From: a virus
Lineage: Duplodnaviria; Caudoviricetes
Length of the DNA: 30,644 nucleotides
Strand: one strand, 5' to 3'
Virus record (IMG/VR): IMGVR_UViG_3300044733_003453
Span: 1 to 30,644 of that record
Position 1 is the first letter of the stretch; each line of letters starts with the position of its first letter. The notes under the pieces are model-generated. The model was not told the DNA's origin. It searched no databases and saw nothing but the letters and a program-made list of their open reading frames with translations. Both the position numbers and the translations under genes were made by a program. Positions 16,722 to 22,926 of this stretch are shown one piece after another.

Positions 16722-17481
16722 GATCAGCGAGGATCTGATCACCGCCAACCTAGGCCTTGCCAGACAGGCCGCCTGGCGGTTCCACCGCAAGACCGGCCAG
16801 CCGTATGACGACCTGGAAGCGATCGCGTTCGTTGGCCTGATTCGTGGCTGCCGCCGCTACGACCCCGACCGGCTCAACCCCGGCAGCGGCCAGCCGTATG
16901 CCCTATCAACGATCGTCTGCCCATTCATCAACGGCGAAATCCTCCACTGGTTCAGGGACAAAGGCCATGCCATCAAGTTCCCCAACAAGTGGCGGGAGAA
17001 GTGGGGGAAGGTTCAGCGGCTGATGGGTGATCCATCGCTCACCACCCAGGAAGTGGCTGAGCAGTCCGGGCTGTCGATCTCTGAGCTGAACGAGATGCTG
17101 GGCAGCATGACCGGCACCGCCAACCTGGACGACATTCACGGCGCCGACGGTTACGACGTACCCGAGCTGGAGCTGCCCCGCATCGATCCGCTGAAGGATC
17201 TGGTCACCACCGCATGGGGGAACATCCACCCTGCTGATCGCGGGCTGCTGCTCAAGTGGTGGGCCAACCCCAGACGTTTGGCATACCCTGCCGGGCCGAT
17301 GGAGCAGTTCCACCGCCGGGTTAAGGCAATCCTGCAGGGCCGGCGGCTGTCGGAGGTGCTGCAGCTGGGGCTGGCGGTGAGCGTGCCGCTGGTGACGCCT
17401 GAGCCGAAACCACCCCGGCGGAAGCGGAGCAGGAAGGCATTGGAGGCAGCGGCGCTGCAGCTGGGGCTGCTGGTGGCGTGA
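16690..17481 (+). CDS. phage RNA polymerase sigma factor (sigma70 family, SigF/SigB-like), divergent region 4
   Basis: Region 2 NLGLARQAAWRF...YDDLEAIAFVGLIRGCRRYDP...LSTIVCPFINGEILHWFRD; region 3 TTQEVAEQSGLSISEL; ATG at 16690. Confidence 0.88.
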   Translation: MTATTFPTPTAISEDLITANLGLARQAAWRFHRKTGQPYDDLEAIAFVGLIRGCRRYDPDRLNPGSGQPYALSTIVCPFINGEILHWFRDKGHAIKFPNKWREKWGKVQRLMGDPSLTTQEVAEQSGLSISELNEMLGSMTGTANLDDIHGADGYDVPELELPRIDPLKDLVTTAWGNIHPADRGLLLKWWANPRRLAYPAGPMEQFHRRVKAILQGRRLSEVLQLGLAVSVPLVTPEPKPPRRKRSRKALEAAALQLGLLVA

Positions 17482-17508
17482 CGGATTGTTAACTGGGCTG
17501 GTCTGTGG

Positions 17509-17537
17509 TTGTCAGTCTGTCCGCTACGGGTTACATT
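17509..17537 (+). promoter_or_regulatory. sigma70-type promoter TTGTCA-17-TACATT
   Basis: Near-consensus boxes with 17-bp spacer; shares a 21-bp block with 18451-18471. Confidence 0.72.
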
Positions 17538-17578
17538 AGGTGCATGGGAGACGAGCTCCCGCCACCACCGCACCACCG

Positions 17579-17935
17579 ATGACCACCTACGCGAACCTGA
17601 CTGCCCTGCACATCGACGACACCGTGACGACCTGCGACTGCTGCGGTCGTCAAAACCTCAAGGCCACGGTGCTGATGCGCAACAACGACACCGGCGCTGA
17701 GTTCTTCTTCGGCCGCACCTGCGCCGCACGCAACGCCGGCAAAACCTCTCAGCAGATCACCAAGGAAGTCCGCGCCGCACGCGATGCAGCCCACGGCCGC
17801 ACGATGAACCACCTGGCTGATCTGCGCCGCTCTGGCGTGGTGCTCACCCGCCAGATGATGCGTGAAGTAGCTGCGATCTACCGAGCCGATGCAACGGTCC
17901 TGTTGCGCAACTGGGGGCACCTGGCCACCGCCTAA
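17579..17935 (+). CDS. hypothetical Zn-binding protein
   Basis: TCDCCGR.NLK...FFGRTCA; ATG at 17579 after a CACCAC leader. Confidence 0.72.
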   Translation: MTTYANLTALHIDDTVTTCDCCGRQNLKATVLMRNNDTGAEFFFGRTCAARNAGKTSQQITKEVRAARDAAHGRTMNHLADLRRSGVVLTRQMMREVAAIYRADATVLLRNWGHLATA

Positions 17936-17990
17936 CCACCCACGGCCCGCCGGAGCCCATCTGGCACCTACCCCACTCACCACCACCGGC

Positions 17991-18209
17991 ATGCCCATCC
18001 CCACCCGCGCCGAGCTCCGCGCAGCGTTTGCTAAGGCGCTAAATCGCGCCGGCTACAGCAACATCGTCCGCACCGACGCCTCTGCCATCCGCGCCGCCGT
18101 GGAGGTGGTGCTGCCGGAGCCGCCCGATCCTCGCAGGGCGCACCCAGACCTCTTGCGTCGCCGTGCCGCGCTCCTAGCGCTGGCCGATGCGATCGAGGGT
18201 GGGGACTAA
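17991..18209 (+). CDS. hypothetical protein
   Basis: MPIPTRAELRAAF...LLALADAIEGGD; ATG after CACCACC. Confidence 0.6.
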   Translation: MPIPTRAELRAAFAKALNRAGYSNIVRTDASAIRAAVEVVLPEPPDPRRAHPDLLRRRAALLALADAIEGGD

Positions 18210-18421
18210 TGCCCCGCCAACCCTCCCGCGAAAAGGTCGCCAGGTTCCGCCTCCGCCAGGCTGGTGAGCTCCCCCAGCTGCCCACCTGTCCTGAGTGCGG
18301 CCGGAGCGTGATCAGCGACCGCACAGCGCCCCTGTGCTCAAGGTGCTGGAAGCTGACGCCTGAGGGCAAGGCTGCTGACGCGGAGCGGAAACGAAAAGCC
18401 CGGAAACGTGACGCTGTGTGA
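18209..18421 (+). CDS. small basic C4 Zn-finger protein; paralog of 21522-21743
   Basis: CPECG...RTAPLCSRCWKLTPEG and a basic tail. Confidence 0.7.
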   Translation: MPRQPSREKVARFRLRQAGELPQLPTCPECGRSVISDRTAPLCSRCWKLTPEGKAADAERKRKARKRDAV

Positions 18422-18441
18422 ACTGCCCCCTGCTGGTGTGG

Positions 18442-18471
18442 TCGCGCTGGTGTCCGCCACGGGTTACAGTA
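18442..18471 (+). promoter_or_regulatory. promoter candidate (-10 TACAGT) homologous to the 17509 promoter
   Basis: TGTCCGCCACGGGTTACAGTA versus TGTCCGCTACGGGTTACATTA (19/21). Confidence 0.6.
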
Positions 18472-18515
18472 AGGGGACCGAACCGGAACGGTTCACCACC
18501 ACACCACCACCAGCC

Positions 18516-18908
18516 ATGGCCGTTACCAAACTCCGCAACGCCACCTGCACCTGCCCCTTCTGCGGTGGCTCCGGCAAGCTCCCACACTTCTCACATATCC
18601 AGAACGGCGACTGCTTTGCCTGCGGTGCTACCGGCAAGCTGCGCGATCTCAATGCTTTCATCGGTGACAACTCAGATCTGCTGCTGACCGTCTGGGTCAA
18701 CAACGGCACTTTCAGCGGTGCTGAGCTGCGGCGCCGCACATGGAAGCTCAGCAAGTGCTCAGTTGGCTCTGGCAGCAATCAGACCATCGGAATCTCTAAG
18801 ACATGGGGTCGCGACAGCTTCTACCGAGTGATCGAATCGGTTGATGAGGCCCGCGAGATCTGGCGGAATGCCAAGCGGTTGGGCATCATCACCGAGCTGG
18901 TGGACTGA
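18516..18908 (+). CDS. protein with DnaJ-type Zn finger (two CxxCxxxG repeats)
   Basis: CPFCGGSG...CFACGATG; ATG at 18516. Confidence 0.72.
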   Translation: MAVTKLRNATCTCPFCGGSGKLPHFSHIQNGDCFACGATGKLRDLNAFIGDNSDLLLTVWVNNGTFSGAELRRRTWKLSKCSVGSGSNQTIGISKTWGRDSFYRVIESVDEAREIWRNAKRLGIITELVD

Positions 18909-18921
18909 TCCACCGCCACCC

Positions 18922-18944
18922 GCCCGGCCTAACCGCCGGGCTTT
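18922..18944 (+). terminator. hairpin / weak intrinsic terminator
   Basis: GCCCGGC-CTAACC-GCCGGGC-TTT. Confidence 0.55.
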
Positions 18945-18967
18945 CCCGCTCCGCATCTGCTGCAGCG

Positions 18968-18997
18968 TTGCAATTGCCCAACCGCAACCCTTACGCT
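18968..18997 (+). promoter_or_regulatory. palindrome TTGCAATTGCCCAACCGCAA with overlapping promoter TTGCAA-18-TACGCT
   Basis: Matches the recurrent 20-bp palindrome (18968-18987). Confidence 0.62.
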
Positions 18998-19028
18998 GTG
19001 AACACCACCACACCACCACTGCTATGCC

Positions 19029-19178
19029 ATGGACTCCCTACTTGAGTTCGACACCGAAGCCGAGGCCCATGCCCTTGGCGCCGTCTACGTCCACGACAAC
19101 CCAAGCGCGTGGTTCCGCGTCGAGCGGCTGCCTGATGGCCGCTACCGCTTGGTGGTTGAGGATCCGCCGGTAGCCTGA
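19029..19178 (+). CDS. hypothetical protein, 49 aa
   Basis: Read by hand: MDSLLEFDTEAEAHALGAVYVHDNPSAWFRVERLPDGRYRLVVEDPPVA. Confidence 0.55.
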   Translation: MDSLLEFDTEAEAHALGAVYVHDNPSAWFRVERLPDGRYRLVVEDPPVA

Positions 19179-19182
19179 ACAT

Positions 19183-19264
19183 GCCGGGTCGGTCCTACCC
19201 GTAAGGATGGACGCGGTGGCGGAGTTTCGTTGAGCTCTGCCTGGAACCGTACCGAAGGCCCGGT
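19183..19264 (+). ncRNA. structured RNA candidate (three-way junction)
   Basis: GCCGGG-TCGGT pairs with ACCGA-CCCGGT; CC-GTAA-GG GNRA hairpin; GCGGT/ACCGT and GGCGGAGTT/AGCTCTGCC stems with G-U pairs. Confidence 0.5.
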
Positions 19265-19275
19265 TTCATTCCGGC

Positions 19276-19304
19276 GAGGGGTTGGCGTTGCCGGCCCCTT
19301 TTCT
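19276..19304 (+). terminator. intrinsic terminator
   Basis: AGGGGTTGGC-GTT-GCCGGCCCCT-TTT. Confidence 0.7.
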
Positions 19305-19316
19305 ATGGGCTATGCT
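19288..19316 (+). promoter_or_regulatory. sigma70-type promoter TTGCCG-17-TATGCT
   Basis: 17-bp spacer; followed by a 10-bp hairpin at 19321-19344. Confidence 0.6.
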
Positions 19317-19363
19317 CGAAATGTCCAGCAGAGGTGCTGGGCATCATCAACGGAGCATTTCAA

Positions 19364-19552
19364 ATGAAGACCTGCACGCCGTCCCCAGCGTGGGACTGTG
19401 GCCCCTTTGCGGACGCGATGGATCGCGCCCTATGGGAGCTGGGCTATCCCAACGACTTCGACACCGTGGCCGATGCACAGGCCGCTGTCGATCACGCCAT
19501 GCGCGTCTATCCGCAGCTGCGCAGCCTGTCCATCGTCATGACGGAGGCCTGA
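19364..19552 (+). CDS. hypothetical protein
   Basis: MKTCTPSPAWDCGPF...; ATG at 19364. Confidence 0.55.
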   Translation: MKTCTPSPAWDCGPFADAMDRALWELGYPNDFDTVADAQAAVDHAMRVYPQLRSLSIVMTEA

Positions 19553-19555
19553 GCG

Positions 19556-20350
19556 ATGCGCACCTTCACCCGTGACTGCCCCTGCTGTGGGGCCACCTTC
19601 ACCGCCAAGCACCAGGCCGCTAAGTGGTGCAGCAGCCGCTGCTCTATGCGTGCCTACCAGCGTCGCCGCCGTGGCGCACCTGAGGCCGACCCAGGTACAT
19701 CTCTGGTGGCTGCGGTGGTTCAGCCGCAGATTCTTGATGACGTGGAGATGCCCGCCGCGTGGGCCTATCCCGAACCGACCGTGACCAATGGCCTGGAATC
19801 CCGCTACTGGCATGGCACCGCGATCGAGCGGCGGCAGGCCGATGGGTTCGTGAATGCCACGGCGATGTGTCAGGCCAACGGCAGGGAGTGGTTCACCTAC
19901 GCCCGCTCTGAGCGCACCAGGGAGTACGTGTCAGCGCTGGCAAGCCACCTGGGTGGGTCGCCGCAAATCTGCGGTGGCCTCTCAGATGGGTCACCGCAAA
20001 ATCCGGGGACGCTGATTCAGTCCATCACCACCGGGCCCAACCACCTACGCGGCACCTGGGTTCACCCACGCCTCGCCGTTGACCTCGCCCGGTGGATCTC
20101 CCCAGCCTTCGCCGTATGGATGGACGGCTGGTTCCTTGAGTCCCTCACCCAGCCCCAGCCCCACCGGCCTGCACTACCCAAGGGCGTGCACGTCGTGGCC
20201 GACACCCACCGCGAGGCCTGTCAGCTCTGGTGGGACGCCATCCGCTCCGAAGTCTCAGGCGCCCTCGCTTGCCGCCTGAACCCAGCACACCGCACCGACG
20301 CAGGCCTGCCGCTGTCCAGCGCCTACAGCTGGCAACCCAGCCTGATCTGA
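19556..20350 (+). CDS. KilA-N domain protein with N-terminal Zn finger
   Basis: CPCCG..F...KWCSSRC; DGFVNATAMC...GTWVHPRLAVDLARWISPAFAVW. Confidence 0.9.
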   Translation: MRTFTRDCPCCGATFTAKHQAAKWCSSRCSMRAYQRRRRGAPEADPGTSLVAAVVQPQILDDVEMPAAWAYPEPTVTNGLESRYWHGTAIERRQADGFVNATAMCQANGREWFTYARSERTREYVSALASHLGGSPQICGGLSDGSPQNPGTLIQSITTGPNHLRGTWVHPRLAVDLARWISPAFAVWMDGWFLESLTQPQPHRPALPKGVHVVADTHREACQLWWDAIRSEVSGALACRLNPAHRTDAGLPLSSAYSWQPSLI

Positions 20351-20512
20351 ACGCCCCAACCACACACCATCGCCCATTTCGACTACAGCGACATGGGCGA
20401 TGGTACACCCGCACTACTTATCAATCAAACCCACTGCAGCGCAGCCATTTTGCACCGGTAGTACATACGCTCACCCCTATTCGTGACGGGATGTAACGCA
20501 CTGCAGTGTGAC

Positions 20513-20540
20513 ACCTGTGGAAACTGAGTTATCCACAGGT
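20513..20540. promoter_or_regulatory. inverted pair of DnaA-box-like sites
   Basis: ACCTGTGGAAACTGAGTTATCCACAGGT contains a perfect TTATCCACA (20529-20537) and an inverted TGTGGAAAC (20516-20524). Confidence 0.55.
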
Positions 20541-20684
20541 CCAAGCGGATACATTTCGATAGACCCCTGTTGCCGCAATGTATTTCAGCGGTAGTACCGC
20601 TGTTCACTGCGGCTCAGTTCTGTAGTGAATGGATACCAAATCAGCTCGACTATGTGACAGTTCGCCTCGGATTCGTGTGCAACG

Positions 20685-20719
20685 TGTGTGCCACTTCGTT
20701 CTTATGTGTGCCACTTCGT
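20685..20719 (+). repeat. 15-bp direct repeat TGTGTGCCACTTCGT x2 (20-bp period)
   Basis: Exact copies at 20685-20699 and 20705-20719; degenerate TGTGACAGTTCG at 20653. Confidence 0.85.
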
Positions 20720-20853
20720 CACTGGTACGCACTGGCCAGATCCATTGCAGCGCAACGGGTCTGGCTGATTCTGGTACGGGTGTACCGGTTGGGCGTGTGT
20801 GCTACGTGGTGACGATGTAGTGCACACTTGAGGAGTCCCACGCACCACCACTC

Positions 20854-21048
20854 ATGGGCGTCATCACCGACACGCTCCGCGCCACCCTCCGGGATCTGGC
20901 CGAGAGCGATGCCCGGCTCTACCGGGGGCTGGCCACCGAGCTGGCCGACACACCGGCCAGCCGGCCAGCACTACCGGCGGACGGCATCGCCGCCGCCATC
21001 GCCCTGCTGGAGGCAGCGGGCTACACGGTCACCCCTCCACGGGGGTGA
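20854..21048 (+). CDS. hypothetical protein
   Basis: MGVITDTLRATL...AIALLEAAGYTV; GAGGAG and CACCAC leader upstream. Confidence 0.7.
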   Translation: MGVITDTLRATLRDLAESDARLYRGLATELADTPASRPALPADGIAAAIALLEAAGYTVTPPRG

Positions 21049-21104
21049 CCCCCACGGGGCCCTGCGGGGCCCACTGACCCCTCACACCGGCCACACGCCA
21101 CGCC

Positions 21105-21335
21105 ATGGACCACACCCCCACCACCGACACCGACGCCCTGCTGGCCGAGGTGGACGCCACCAGCGCACGGGTGGACGCCCTGCTCGACGGGTGGGCGCCA
21201 CAGCCGGTGGCTGATACCGGAGCGGCCCTGCGCCGGCTCCAGCGCACTGCCCGGCACACCGCCCGGCTGTCGGCCCTGGTGGAGCGCCAGCAGGCCGCCC
21301 TGGCCGCCCAGCTGGACGCCATCGAGGCGGGCTGA
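21105..21335 (+). CDS. hypothetical coiled-coil protein
   Basis: 76-aa Ala-rich ORF with an A/C-rich leader. Confidence 0.65.
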   Translation: MDHTPTTDTDALLAEVDATSARVDALLDGWAPQPVADTGAALRRLQRTARHTARLSALVERQQAALAAQLDAIEAG

Positions 21336-21364
21336 CACTCACCCACACCACCACGCACCACGCC

Positions 21365-21529
21365 ATGACCGACTACGACATGCACGACCTGATCCGGGAT
21401 CAACTGACCGGCATCTACATCGATCTCGCCGCCCTGGGACTGATGCCAGAGCAGTACGACCAGCGACTGACGCAGGCGCTCCAGCTGCTGCGCGACGCCC
21501 GCGCCCTACTGGGGGAGTGCCGTGGCTGA
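21365..21529 (+). CDS. hypothetical protein, 54 aa
   Basis: Read by hand: MTDYDMHDLIRDQLTGIYIDLAALGLMPEQYDQRLTQALQLLRDARALLGECRG. Confidence 0.6.
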   Translation: MTDYDMHDLIRDQLTGIYIDLAALGLMPEQYDQRLTQALQLLRDARALLGECRG

Positions 21530-21743
21530 TAGCAGCACCGCCAGGACGGCACGGTGGCGTCGCCGCTTGCGGGGCATGCCCGATCCCGACGCTCCGCAGC
21601 CGTGCCAGGCGTGCTCCCGGCTGGTGAGATCACGACGCACGGCCCCGCTGTGTTCCATCTGCTGGAAACGATCGCCGGATGGGCGAGAGACGAACCGATT
21701 GCGGATGGCCAAGCTCAGGTCTCAGCGCCGCACGGCAACCTGA
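21522..21743 (+). CDS. small basic C4 Zn-finger protein; paralog of 18209-18421
   Basis: CQACS...RTAPLCSICWKRSPDG and a basic tail. Confidence 0.7.
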   Translation: MADSSTARTARWRRRLRGMPDPDAPQPCQACSRLVRSRRTAPLCSICWKRSPDGRETNRLRMAKLRSQRRTAT

Positions 21744-21816
21744 CCCAGTAACACCCGCCAGGCCTCTCAACGATGCCCAAACCGGCGGGTCACTCTTTTA
21801 CCACCACCACTACGCC

Positions 21817-22023
21817 ATGACCAAAGACCCGCTCTGGCTGCGCCTGCGCAACCATCCCAGCCTGTTCTGCCTGCACCCGACGCCATCACAGCTGGCGGTG
21901 CTGCTGCGGCAGATCGTGGCCGAGGTCTACGACCAGGACATGTGGGACTGGGGCGAGGTTGCGGAATGGCTGGATGCAGAGGCGGCGGTTGCTGATGCTG
22001 CAGCGGAGGGGCGCAATGCCTGA
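21817..22023 (+). CDS. hypothetical protein
   Basis: MTKDPLWLRL...; ATG at 21817 after ACCACCACCAC. Confidence 0.6.
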   Translation: MTKDPLWLRLRNHPSLFCLHPTPSQLAVLLRQIVAEVYDQDMWDWGEVAEWLDAEAAVADAAAEGRNA

Positions 22024-22228
22024 GCAGGCTGCCTGCACTTGCGGGCGGATCAGGATCGGCACTCAGCTATCCGATCACTTGGCTTGGCGATCTACCTGCT
22101 CAGTTCATGGCTCTGCATCGCGTTGGTACAACTCGCCTGAGCAGGTAGATCGCCGAGAGCAGCAGCGCGTCAGGCTGAGAGCCCTGCAGATGGAGGCTGC
22201 CGCTGCGCGGGCCAGGCTGGCAACCTAA
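22016..22228 (+). CDS. hypothetical protein
   Basis: MPEQAACTCG...CSVHG; overlaps the upstream stop. Confidence 0.55.
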   Translation: MPEQAACTCGRIRIGTQLSDHLAWRSTCSVHGSASRWYNSPEQVDRREQQRVRLRALQMEAAAARARLAT

Positions 22229-22271
22229 CACGACAGAGCCCAGGCCCCTGCTCCGCACGCCTGGGCCTTCC

Positions 22272-22346
22272 CACCCAGTCCGAGCCAACTGGACAGGACG
22301 GCTCCGCTGCTGCGGGGCGATGCGGGTTCGATTCCCGCCTGGGTGC
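22272..22346 (+). tRNA. degenerate tRNA / tRNA-like element (anticodon not assignable)
   Basis: 75 nt; 7-bp acceptor CACCCAG/CTGGGTG; perfect T-arm GCGGG-TTCGATT-CCCGC; D-loop-like AACTGGA; non-canonical D stem and 6-nt anticodon loop. Confidence 0.6.
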
Positions 22347-22382
22347 TTCCTCGGCCATGCTGGTGATAGCCCACCCACCAGC

Positions 22383-22892
22383 ATGAAACCCACCATCTGG
22401 CTAATCCCTGCCGCTGCACTCGGCATCGCAACAGCTATCGCCAGCCTTGCCTTCCTGCCAATCGGCCGGCCGTCGGCACAGTACGCACCGCCGGTTATGC
22501 CACCGCCGCCACGTGATCAGCCGCCTGCAGTCGAAGCGCAACCACCAGCCGCTCCAGTCACCAAAATCCCTGATCTGCAGCCGGATGCTCCGCCACCGCA
22601 GCAACAGCTGCCGCCAGTTGTTCGCAATCAGCCAGCACCAAAGCCAGTAACGGTTAACCCTGAGCAAAGGTTGTATCAGCAAGAGATCAGTAGTCTCGCC
22701 AGCTCGGTTGATTTCAAGACCAAAGCCGCTAAAGAGTTGATGGCCATTGGATCGCTCTCATCGGCAGAGCGCTACCTAATCGAGGGCAAAGCGCAGAACG
22801 CCATCAGGGGCTGCCTTCTGAACCAACAACAGCGAGGCGTCCCCTTCTACCAAGGCAAGGCAACCTGCGCGGCCGCTGAGCCCGCTCCCTGA
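22383..22892 (+). CDS. membrane-anchored/exported Pro-rich protein
   Basis: N-terminal hydrophobic MKPTIWLIPAAALGIATAIASLAFLPI, Pro/Gln linker, helical C-domain with two Cys. Confidence 0.65.
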   Translation: MKPTIWLIPAAALGIATAIASLAFLPIGRPSAQYAPPVMPPPPRDQPPAVEAQPPAAPVTKIPDLQPDAPPPQQQLPPVVRNQPAPKPVTVNPEQRLYQQEISSLASSVDFKTKAAKELMAIGSLSSAERYLIEGKAQNAIRGCLLNQQQRGVPFYQGKATCAAAEPAP

Positions 22893-22893
22893 A

Positions 22894-22903
22894 CCGGAAA
22901 ACT
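22894..22903 (+). promoter_or_regulatory. putative late-promoter motif CCGGAAAACT
   Basis: 33 bp before the portal GTG. Confidence 0.62.
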
Positions 22904-22926
22904 CCCATGACGGCCAGGCGTGGGCA

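Noticed and set aside
19183-19264. Hammerhead ribozyme or tRNA
   Set aside because: No CTGANGA/GAAA core and no T-arm; kept only as an unassigned structure
20685-20719. Direct repeats as a mini CRISPR array
   Set aside because: Only two 15-bp copies with a 5-bp gap; no spacers or cas genes
20230-20820. Short ORFs in the 20.35-20.85 kb gap
   Set aside because: Atypical composition, no leader or coupling, and they overlap repeat elements; treated as non-coding
21041-21072. Two adjacent GC hairpins (GGGGG-TGA-CCCCC; GGGCCC-TGCG-GGGCCC)
   Set aside because: Short, no U-tract, and expected in very GC-rich DNA
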